A stretch of 64,000 nucleotides of DNA from Myxococcota bacterium (lineage in GTDB: Bacteria > Myxococcota_A > Polyangia > Polyangiales > Sandaracinaceae), in NCBI GenBank assembly GCA_036149055.1, contig JAYZQJ010000057.1, forward strand, positions 1 to 64,000, written 5' to 3'. Positions 56,749 through 64,000 of the stretch are shown piece by piece. The notes beneath the pieces were generated by a model. It did not search any database, was not told where the DNA came from, and was given only the letters and a program-made list of their open reading frames with translations. The position numbers and the translations under genes are program-made. Each line of letters opens with the position of its first letter. Positions within the stretch are counted from its first letter, which is position 1.

Positions 56749-57374
56749 CGGCAGTGCTGGAATCGAGTTCGGCGGATGCAGCCGACCGGGTCTTGGAAGT
56801 CCGCGCTGCCCCCGCATCCGGGTACCGGCCGCAGCCGCAGGCATCCACCGGGCGTGGGCTCATCGCACACCCGGGTCCACCCTTCACCCGTGCCGTCCGA
56901 GGTCGCCGGTTCACACGTTGCGTGGTCCGGGTACTGGAGCTCCTCGACGCCGTCGCAGTTCCAGTCGAAGCTCCCGTCTCCCCGGTCCACCGTGCGCCAG
57001 CCAGGTGCGTCTGGGTACACCTCTCGGCTGAGGTCGTAGCAGTCCCCAGCGACGTCGACGAAGCCATCCGGAAGGAAGCCGCGGCAGAAGTAGGGGCGCG
57101 TCACCTCGGGATCGCCGTAGCCATCGCGGTCCATGTCTCGGTACGCGATGCAGTCGGGCCCGCCGTCGAGGCCCGAGTCGGTTCCGGCGTCGAGGCCTGA
57201 GTCTCGGGCGAGCTCGCCAGCGTCCTGGCCGCCGTCTTCATCGACTCCCGCGTCCCCGGCGGCGGCGTCGGGCGCGCTCGAAGCGTCCCCGTCGGCGCCG
57301 GCGTCCACCGGCGGCGCCCCGTCGCACGCGACGACGCTCGTCGCGAGGACCAGAGCCCATATCCAGCGCTCCAT
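56745..57374 (-). CDS. Antisense lipoprotein moron with MopE-like putative metal-binding motif
   Basis: Lipobox VVAC, DAG-rich linker, YRDMDRDGYG...GDCYD....VYP...DWNCDG. Confidence 0.8.
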   Translation of the reverse strand: MERWIWALVLATSVVACDGAPPVDAGADGDASSAPDAAAGDAGVDEDGGQDAGELARDSGLDAGTDSGLDGGPDCIAYRDMDRDGYGDPEVTRPYFCRGFLPDGFVDVAGDCYDLSREVYPDAPGWRTVDRGDGSFDWNCDGVEELQYPDHATCEPATSDGTGEGWTRVCDEPTPGGCLRLRPVPGCGGSADFQDPVGCIRRTRFQHCR

Positions 57375-57407
57375 CAGAACCCCCTTCGTCGCCACGGTAG
57401 CCACGGA

Positions 57408-58172
57408 ATGTTCTTTCGCATCCTACAACACCTCCTGCCGGACGGCGCGGCGTGGCGCACCACGGTGCAGAAGCGGCTCCGGACCCTGCTCGAGGCGCTC
57501 GCCGAGGAGCCGGCGGCCGTGCGCGTGTTCGTCGACAAGGTCTATCGGGACCTCTTCCCGGAGAGCACGCGGGAGCTCGCGGCCTGGGAGCGCTTCTTCG
57601 TCCTCCCGGGCAACGGAGACGACACGACCCGTCGTCAGCGCCTGGCCGCTGCGTGGCAGGAGACCGGTGGGCAGGCGCCGCGGTACCTGCAGGACATCGT
57701 CCAGGCCGCTGGCTTCGACCTCTACGTGCACGAGTGGTGGTCATCGGGGCCGCCGTGGGTGGCTCGAGACCCCCGCGCCCACACCCAGGTGCCGCTGATC
57801 GGGACGGTCCAATGCGGCGAGCCGGACGCCCTGTGCGGAGAGGTCAGCGCGCAGTGCAACGCGTTCCTCGCGAACGAGCCCGGCTACCTCGTCAACATCG
57901 ACCTGACCCCGACCGCCCCTCCGCGGGTCCCAGACGACCCGGCCGCCTGGCCCTACTTCGTCTACTTCGGCGGCGCGTCCTTCGGCGACCGGGTGTCCAT
58001 CACGGTCGCCCGCCGTCGCGAGCTCGAGGACCTGCTCCTGAAGCTCTGCCCGGCCCAGCACTGGATCGTCCTGATGGTCGACTGGGTGGGCGAGGCGACC
58101 ACGCGCGTGACCCTCGCGGGCGACACCCGCACGACCTTGAGCGGAGACACCCGCTTCACCCTCGGACTCTGA
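57408..58172 (+). CDS. Baseplate protein (Mu gp48-like)
   Basis: HLLP.G.AW, L..WE..F.L, GGQ...Y, LLKLCPA. Confidence 0.8.
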   Translation: MFFRILQHLLPDGAAWRTTVQKRLRTLLEALAEEPAAVRVFVDKVYRDLFPESTRELAAWERFFVLPGNGDDTTRRQRLAAAWQETGGQAPRYLQDIVQAAGFDLYVHEWWSSGPPWVARDPRAHTQVPLIGTVQCGEPDALCGEVSAQCNAFLANEPGYLVNIDLTPTAPPRVPDDPAAWPYFVYFGGASFGDRVSITVARRRELEDLLLKLCPAQHWIVLMVDWVGEATTRVTLAGDTRTTLSGDTRFTLGL

Positions 58173-58179
58173 GGACTCG

Positions 58180-59409
58180 ATGCCGACAACGATCAAGGAT
58201 CTGCCCACCGAGCTGCTCGCGGAGGACATGGACGCGCCCGCGGACTGGCTGGAGGTCGAGGACGTCGACGCGAACGAGACGAAGAAGATCCATCCGGACG
58301 AGCTCGTCAAGGGCGGCGGCGGACTGCACGACGACGACTTCGCGGGCACCTACGGCGGCGCCCTCCTTCGAGTGGGCCCCGGCGCCTACCGCGCCATCCG
58401 CCACAACCTCTCCGCGACCGCGGCGCCGGCGGTCGGCGACGATGACGCCGACGGGTACGCCGTCGGGTCTCTCTGGGTGAACGTCTCCACCGATCGAGCC
58501 TGGGCCTGCGTGGACGCGTCCACGGGAGCCGCGGTGTGGCTCGAGCTGCGCGGCGGTGACGTCGTAGGTCCGGGCAGCGCGGTCGACGGCGAGCTCCCGG
58601 TCTTCGACGGCGCCACCGGGAAGCTGCTCAAGGCCGGCGCGGCGGCGGAGGCACTGCTTCGGATCGCCGGCCGCGATACCTTCCGACTCCGCGACTCTCC
58701 GGTCGCCAGCCTGCAGGCGCTCTCGCCGGCGTTCCTCGACCTCGACCTGGACACGAGCGGGGTCACCGGGGCGGCCGAGTGGTACGGCATCCGGCTCGAC
58801 GCCTCGAACGACGTGCCGGGCGCCTTCCTGCTCTTCCGCGTCGGTGGGACCCGCGTCGGCGCCGTCGAGGTGCCCAGCGCGGCGCTCGGCGCCATCTTCC
58901 GCGGCGGGGACGGCGACGACACGAACCCGACCTTCGGCTTCGAGTCGGACCTCGACCTCGGCTTCTTCTTCGCGTCGGCCGGCGTGGTCGGTCTCAACGG
59001 CGCGCTCGAGCCGAACGTCGATGGGAACGGCTCGCTGGGGACTGCGACGAGGGCCTTCGGCAACGTCTACGCCGACCAGATCAACGGCCGTCCGGTCGCG
59101 GCACCGACCCAGGTCGAGACCCTCGCTGGCACCACCGACACGCTGGCGGACGCGGACAACGGCAAGGTGGTGCGCTGCACGAACGCCGGCACGGTCACCG
59201 TCACGGTCCCCACCGGCCTGACGCCCGGCACGACCGTCGAGTACGTGCAGGAGGGCGCGGGGCAAGTGCAGGTCGCGGCGGGCGCCGGGATGACCCTGCG
59301 CCACGGTGCCACCTGGAACCCGTACACCGCCGAGCAGTACAGCTCGGTGGTCGTCACCATCCTCGACACGGACGAGGCCCTCGTCCGCGGCGACCTCGAG
59401 GCAGTCTGA
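58180..59409 (+). CDS. Tail fibre protein
   Basis: P..GDD...GY..GSLW, GDVVGP.SA.DG....FDG.TGKL, C-terminal Q.GAGQV...QYS module. Confidence 0.8.
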   Translation: MPTTIKDLPTELLAEDMDAPADWLEVEDVDANETKKIHPDELVKGGGGLHDDDFAGTYGGALLRVGPGAYRAIRHNLSATAAPAVGDDDADGYAVGSLWVNVSTDRAWACVDASTGAAVWLELRGGDVVGPGSAVDGELPVFDGATGKLLKAGAAAEALLRIAGRDTFRLRDSPVASLQALSPAFLDLDLDTSGVTGAAEWYGIRLDASNDVPGAFLLFRVGGTRVGAVEVPSAALGAIFRGGDGDDTNPTFGFESDLDLGFFFASAGVVGLNGALEPNVDGNGSLGTATRAFGNVYADQINGRPVAAPTQVETLAGTTDTLADADNGKVVRCTNAGTVTVTVPTGLTPGTTVEYVQEGAGQVQVAAGAGMTLRHGATWNPYTAEQYSSVVVTILDTDEALVRGDLEAV

Positions 59410-60173
59410 TGCCGGCGACAGCCAGAGCGGGGGCGGCGGCGATTCAGGGCGCGCGGCGGACCCGCGTCTCGAGCTTCGACGCGCTTGGCGCGCAGCTCTA
59501 CCTCTGGGCGCCGGAGGCGAGCAGCATCACGCTCGACGGATCGAGCGAGGTCGACGAGTGGGCCAACCTCGGGGTAGCCGGCGCTGCGCTCGACGCCGTG
59601 CGGGTCTCCGGAGCGGTCACCTACGTGCCCGGCTCGCACCTCGCCGTCCCGACCGGCAGCGAGTTTCTCAGCCGGCTGGCGGCGACGGCGCTCGACGTCG
59701 CGGACGAGGGCGCCCTTGATGTGATCGGCGTGTTCAGCTCGACCGCGCCGAACGCCCAGCGCTTCCTCGTCGGAGGCCAGGGGCAGACGCACTTCACGCT
59801 GATCCCTCGCTGGTCGGGGCTGAGCGTCTTCCGGGTGCTCGACGGAGTGACGACGCTGCAGGCAGTCGGCGCCAGCCTCACGAACGACGGCACGATCTAC
59901 TGCCAGCGCGGGCGCTTCACGGGCGCGGCGGCGCCGAGCAACGACTCGAGCAGCCTGAAGACGAACGACTCGACGGGGTCCACGGCGAGCGCGAACCTCG
60001 GCGCGGTCTCGTTCGGCGCCGACAAGCTCGCCTTCTTCTCTGTCGGTGGCTCCGAGTTCATCGGCAACTGCTACGCGCTCATCGCGAAGGTCGGAGGCTT
60101 CTCGGCCGGCGAGCTCGCCGAGCTCACCACGCGGATCAACGCGGCCTTCGGGACCGCACTGGCGGGCGTGTGA
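59409..60173 (+). CDS. Beta-sandwich (LamG-like) tail accessory/receptor-binding protein
   Basis: LYLWA.....ITLDG..V..W.N; beta-rich; follows the fibre gene. Confidence 0.6.
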   Translation: MPATARAGAAAIQGARRTRVSSFDALGAQLYLWAPEASSITLDGSSEVDEWANLGVAGAALDAVRVSGAVTYVPGSHLAVPTGSEFLSRLAATALDVADEGALDVIGVFSSTAPNAQRFLVGGQGQTHFTLIPRWSGLSVFRVLDGVTTLQAVGASLTNDGTIYCQRGRFTGAAAPSNDSSSLKTNDSTGSTASANLGAVSFGADKLAFFSVGGSEFIGNCYALIAKVGGFSAGELAELTTRINAAFGTALAGV

Positions 60174-60742
60174 TGGCCGGCGTCACCGACAGCTTCGACT
60201 CCGAGGACTACGGGCGCCTGCTCGTGGCGTCGGCGAAGGCGCAGGAGGAGTGCCGCCTCGCGACCGAGCGGCTCGAGGAGCGTCTCGTCGCCCAGGGCGA
60301 GCGTGCGCAGGAGCGCGACGAGGCGCGCCAGGCGGAGATGCGCCAGCTCAGCGCGCAGATGACCGCCCTGCAGGAGGCCCAGGCCGCCGACGACGAGGCG
60401 CGGGCAATGCGCACGGCCGCCGAGAAGCGCGACGGCTTCTGGCTCCGCGCGCTCGGCGCCGTGCTGCTGATGGTGTCCGGCGGGGCGGCGTCGCTCGCCC
60501 TCAGCCACATGAGCCGGATGGATCGGCTCGAGGTACAGGCGGCGGCGCTCCGCCAGGCGGACAGCCGCCTCGAGGCGGCTCTGGCGCGACACGAGGCCGA
60601 CCCCGGTCACGAGGGGACTCGGTCGGAGGTCTCGGCGCTCCGGAGCGACGTCCGCGAGCTCGGCGCCACCGTGCGCGGCACCGCGGCCGTCGTGCGCGAG
60701 ATGCAGCAGGACGTCCGCGAGCTCCGCCGGAGGGTCCGGTGA
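60173..60742 (+). CDS. Single-TM coiled-coil protein (lysis region)
   Basis: Coiled coil - TM (FWLRALGAVLLMVSGGAASLAL) - coiled coil. Confidence 0.6.
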   Translation: MAGVTDSFDSEDYGRLLVASAKAQEECRLATERLEERLVAQGERAQERDEARQAEMRQLSAQMTALQEAQAADDEARAMRTAAEKRDGFWLRALGAVLLMVSGGAASLALSHMSRMDRLEVQAAALRQADSRLEAALARHEADPGHEGTRSEVSALRSDVRELGATVRGTAAVVREMQQDVRELRRRVR

Positions 60743-61059
60743 GACCGCACCTCGTCCGCGCCATGGAGCGCGTCGCCTCCCACCTCCCGCGGGAGGACGA
60801 GGAGACCATGCGCGCGTGGCGCCTGCTCGCGGTCGCGCTGCGCCGCGGTGAGCGCGCGAGCTCGCAGACACTCCCCCGGCTCGCCGGCCTGGCTCAGCAC
60901 GCGGTGCTCGCGCGCGAGCTGCTCGACCAGCTCGTCCCGGTGCTGCCGCCGACCCTCTACGCGACTGCGGCAGATGCCCGGACGCACATCGTCGCAATCC
61001 TCAGCGCGCTGTCGCCGGGGACCGACTCGGAGCCGCCCGAGCGCGGCATGGAGACCTGA
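60739..61059 (+). CDS. Hypothetical protein
   Basis: GTGA coupling, helical. Confidence 0.5.
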   Translation: MRPHLVRAMERVASHLPREDEETMRAWRLLAVALRRGERASSQTLPRLAGLAQHAVLARELLDQLVPVLPPTLYATAADARTHIVAILSALSPGTDSEPPERGMET

Positions 61060-61061
61060 CC

Positions 61062-61766
61062 ATGGACCTGCAGGAGATCATCCAGACCGCCGAGGACGCC
61101 GCGCCGTGGGTGCTCGGCGTGCTCATCGCCACGACGGCGCTCGCCCACGCCCTGGCCCGGGCCGCGCGCGCCTTCGAGCGTTACGCCCGCACCACCCCAG
61201 CCACGTGGGACGACGAGGCCGCGCGCCGCGCCGTCCGCTGGGCCGACGGGCTCGCCGCCGCCCTCGACTGGATCAGCGCGCTCATGCCGCGGATCGGGCT
61301 CGGCCGCGTGCCCACCGAGGCGCCGGCCCGGAAGGCGCGCTCGCGCCGCGGCCCGCCCGACGCCCTCGTCGCGCTCCTCGTCGCCGGCGCCATGGTGCTC
61401 GGCGCCGGCCTCCTGCAGGCGTGCGGCACCGCGGCGCAGCAGCACCGCTCGCTGAACGCGCTGACGACCATCGCCGACCCGACCTACGAGGAGGTCGTCC
61501 AGCTCTGCGACCGGATGCGCGATCGCATCGTCGAGCGCTCGGGCACCACGCGCGAGCAGGATCGCGAGGACATGGACGAGGTGAACGACGCCTGCGACGT
61601 GGCCGTGCTGAAACTCGAGGGGCTCCGCGGAACCCAGCTCACCGCGCGCGCCTTCATCGACTCGGGCGAGGCAACCGGGGCGCGCACCGCGGTCCGCGAG
61701 GCCTTCGCGCTGTGGCCCGCCATCCAGCGGCAGGCCGAACGTCTCTTTGCCGGAGGTGAGCAGTGA
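61062..61766 (+). CDS. Membrane protein with holin-like N-terminus and internal lipobox
   Basis: TM + TPATWDD + amphipathic helix; then basic stretch, hydrophobic helix and LLQAC. Confidence 0.55.
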   Translation: MDLQEIIQTAEDAAPWVLGVLIATTALAHALARAARAFERYARTTPATWDDEAARRAVRWADGLAAALDWISALMPRIGLGRVPTEAPARKARSRRGPPDALVALLVAGAMVLGAGLLQACGTAAQQHRSLNALTTIADPTYEEVVQLCDRMRDRIVERSGTTREQDREDMDEVNDACDVAVLKLEGLRGTQLTARAFIDSGEATGARTAVREAFALWPAIQRQAERLFAGGEQ

Positions 61767-61972
61767 TCGACCAGGGCGTGAAGGACGCGATCGAGGTGGG
61801 GGCCCGGCTCCTGCCCTCGATCGTCGACGGGGTGGCCGAACTGATCGCCGCCGGCATGAGCGCGAGCGAGGCCGAGGAGGTGGTCCGGAAGGACATCCAG
61901 AGCCGCATCGAGCGCTACGAGCGAGAGAAGGCCGAGGACGAGGCGGCGCTCGAGCGGAAGCACGGGCGATGA
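61763..61972 (+). CDS. Small hypothetical protein
   Basis: Coupled on both sides. Confidence 0.5.
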   Translation: MIDQGVKDAIEVGARLLPSIVDGVAELIAAGMSASEAEEVVRKDIQSRIERYEREKAEDEAALERKHGR

Positions 61973-62841
61973 CCACCCGGTCCGCGCTCATCGAGGCCGG
62001 CGCCGAGGTGCTCACCGAGCGCGGCGAGAAGGCCGCCGCCGATCCGCTCGCGACGATGGAGGCGATCGCGGACCGGCTCGGCCTGCGCGAGGAGCCCGAC
62101 CGGCCGCAGTTCTGGCTCTTCGTCAGGCGCGACGAGTGGGCGCCGACCGAGGTGCTCCGGCGCTTCACGGGGGCCATCATCCCGGTGCGGACCAGCCGCG
62201 GGATCCTCCACCGCGAGCCGAGCTACTGGCTGCGCGCCCGCGCGGCCGGCGTCGAGGTCGTCGGCATGGACTGGATGCTGGAGCCGGGCCGCTGGCGAGA
62301 GGGGCTCGCGTCGACGGTCGCCTTCCTCGCCAGCGTCGGTGCGAAGGCGTTCTGCCTGAACGTCGAGCCGCGGCCGAAGGGCTACCCGCGCCGATGGGAG
62401 GGACAGCGCGAGGAGGCCTCCGCCTACGCGATCGCGGCCCGCGACCTCTGCGACCGGCACCGCCTCGAGCTCTGGTTCTCCTCGTGGGCCATGCCGCGCG
62501 CCCGCGAGTCGTTCCCCTGGGCCGACTTCATCCGCCCCGCGCACGTCTGCATCCCCCAGCCCTACGAGGTGCACGGGCGCGCGGGGCCCGGCTACGTCGC
62601 CGAGGTGCTCGAGGAGTGGCGCGCGCTCGGCGCCCGGGAGATGATCCTCGGCCGCGGCGCGCACGAACTCGACCCGTCCGACGCCGACCACTGGCGTACC
62701 AGCGCCGAGGTCGCCGAGCACCGCCGCAGCACGCCGGCCGGGATGTCCGAGGCCTGGTGGTTGCCGTCCGGCTCGATCCCGGCGGCGGTTCTCGAGGCGA
62801 TGGTTGCGCGAGACAGCAACGGCAGAGAGCGCGCCAGCTAG
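61969..62841 (+). CDS. Putative endolysin (glycoside hydrolase-like TIM barrel)
   Basis: AFCLNVEP, WFSSW, FPWADF, IPQPY resemble GH25-like folds; end of the late operon. Confidence 0.55.
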   Translation: MTTRSALIEAGAEVLTERGEKAAADPLATMEAIADRLGLREEPDRPQFWLFVRRDEWAPTEVLRRFTGAIIPVRTSRGILHREPSYWLRARAAGVEVVGMDWMLEPGRWREGLASTVAFLASVGAKAFCLNVEPRPKGYPRRWEGQREEASAYAIAARDLCDRHRLELWFSSWAMPRARESFPWADFIRPAHVCIPQPYEVHGRAGPGYVAEVLEEWRALGAREMILGRGAHELDPSDADHWRTSAEVAEHRRSTPAGMSEAWWLPSGSIPAAVLEAMVARDSNGRERAS

Positions 62842-62866
62842 CACGTCTCCTATCCGGCAACTGCCA

Positions 62867-62895
62867 TTGCAGCGGCGAGGCGGCAAGGATAGCCT
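62867..62895 (+). promoter_or_regulatory. Sigma70-type promoter of the terminal moron
   Basis: TTGCAG-17-TAGCCT; in-frame GTG at 62903. Confidence 0.6.
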
Positions 62896-62902
62896 CGCGC
62901 AC

Positions 62903-63871
62903 GTGACCGTCGCGGGACAAATGGACGAGATCGTGCGTCGCGGCCGGGACTTATCGGCCGACGTTAGTCGCTTGAGGCGCTACGCCAGTTCGTCTCCTGC
63001 GCTGGCAGTCGAAGTCGCACGGGGCGAGGTCGAGGCACTAAACACACTCTCGCTCTTCGCAAGCAGCGCGGCGATTAGTCGCAGAGACGACCTGAGGGAG
63101 GGGCTGAGAGGGGGAGCCGCATCTACCTCTTTCAGGGAATGGGCGGAGACTCGCGACTACCAAAAGGTCCGCCTGGAGGACCTCCCGGACGACGAGACTC
63201 TCGCTCAGCACCTCGCGGACGTGAAGTGGCTGCAGAATCGAGCGGCATATCTCGTCTACCTCGAGCAGGGGGGAGATCCCCTCAATGGCGCCGCGGAGGA
63301 TGCCTACGCAGACGATGCGCGGGTCGTGCCAAGACTGGTCGAGTTGGGGCAACGATACGGCATAGGTGAGGATCTCATTCGTCGGATTGCCGAGAGCCGC
63401 TCTCGTATCGTCGAGCGGGAAACCGGGGCCGACGAGTCAGAATCACATCCACCGCCAAACTCGGCCTACAGAGGGTATCTCCCGTCGATCCCGCCAGCGC
63501 CTACTTCGGAGGGAACCTCATCTCGCCGACTGCGAGGTCTCAAGAGGCTTGAGTGGGGACTCAAGTGGAGCCGGCACGCAGCCATAGGGTGCGGCGCTCT
63601 GATCGCCGCCGCAGCAGCGATCGCACAGAGTCCGGTGTGGGCCGTGGGTGCCGTCGCCGCGACGATAGCCAACTTCGTTCTAGGGGTTTCGCACCAACTC
63701 GTGGCGGACACGGTCGCACGAGAAGAAGAGCGCGGAGAGCAGCAGACGACAGTCGTTCGGGCGAGGGTGGGGCCGCCGGAACACGCAGAACCGGAGGACG
63801 AGGTGGAGGTGGGCGGCCAGTCACCGGTTGAACGTGGGCGACTGCGATACCATGCTGGTAGTGATGACTAG
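62903..63871 (+). CDS. Lower-GC moron protein with two C-terminal TM helices
   Basis: Visibly more A/T-ending codons than flanks; own promoter; start 62903 or 62921. Confidence 0.65.
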   Translation: MTVAGQMDEIVRRGRDLSADVSRLRRYASSSPALAVEVARGEVEALNTLSLFASSAAISRRDDLREGLRGGAASTSFREWAETRDYQKVRLEDLPDDETLAQHLADVKWLQNRAAYLVYLEQGGDPLNGAAEDAYADDARVVPRLVELGQRYGIGEDLIRRIAESRSRIVERETGADESESHPPPNSAYRGYLPSIPPAPTSEGTSSRRLRGLKRLEWGLKWSRHAAIGCGALIAAAAAIAQSPVWAVGAVAATIANFVLGVSHQLVADTVAREEERGEQQTTVVRARVGPPEHAEPEDEVEVGGQSPVERGRLRYHAGSDD

Positions 63872-64000
63872 GCGGCGGGAAGTACTACTGGGGGGGACCC
63901 TGCTTGCTCTGGCGAGCACCGTCGTGCTGATGGCCGTCCTTGGCGGCGGCTACGCCGCGCAGCTCGAACTCCGGGCGCTCGTGGGCCTCGCCGGAGGGTT
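63864..64000 (+). CDS. Partial membrane protein (truncated by the window edge)
   Basis: MTRRREVLLGGTLLALASTVVLMAVLGG..., overlaps the upstream stop. Confidence 0.4.
   Translation, partial: MTRRREVLLGGTLLALASTVVLMAVLGGGYAAQLELRALVGLAGG

Larger units (their letters stand above)
12905..64000. mobile_element. Prophage integrated in the ssrA 3' end (lambda-like head, Mu-like contractile tail); right end outside the window
   Basis: Integrase convergent on ssrA followed by complete early, switch, replication, packaging, head, tail and lysis modules; left boundary approximate. Confidence 0.93.

Noticed and set aside
56739..57413. Invertible tail-fibre segment (shufflon) around the antisense lipoprotein
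   Set aside because: Only a 6-bp inverted match (GAACAT/ATGTTC); the enclosed gene is not an alternative fibre tip and there is no adjacent invertase.
58180..60173. Diversity-generating retroelement targeting the fibre genes
   Set aside because: No reverse transcriptase and no template/variable repeat pair seen in the window.
1..64000. CRISPR array or cas genes
   Set aside because: No repeat-spacer array; the repeats at 1-180 and 32150-32290 lack unique spacers of CRISPR size.
12932..64000. attR (second copy of the ssrA 3' end)
   Set aside because: Not found by eye; probably beyond position 64000, so prophage completeness cannot be confirmed.

Overview
Very GC-rich DNA, probably Myxococcota (Polyangia/Sandaracinaceae-like); this is inferred from the lipoprotein style and the tmRNA tag, not from a database. 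Bases 1-12450 are host genes: acyl-CoA dehydrogenase, persulfide dioxygenase-rhodanese, PP2C, hydrolases, SDR, DedA, SRPBCC, HDOD, plus a c-di-GMP-I riboswitch. tmRNA (ssrA, tag ANDNALALAA) lies at 12570-12931. An apparently intact temperate prophage runs from the ssrA 3' end past the window edge; attR is not visible. It carries an integrase/xis pair, a long leftward early operon, an ImmA/repressor/Cro switch with recognisable operators, a replication module with 12-bp iterons, a cos-like site, a lambda-type head, a Mu-type contractile tail with a -1 frameshift chaperone, a lysis region and morons. The most unusual points are: (1) the integrase ORF crosses the att site and ends in antisense tmRNA, so integration should swap its C-terminus; (2) a second intact Xis-like/tyrosine recombinase cassette sits inside the early operon, near a degenerate tRNA-Leu-like, inverted-repeat-bounded site; (3) several host-regulator-like early genes; (4) antisense lipoprotein morons. 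All product calls come from motif recognition by eye.
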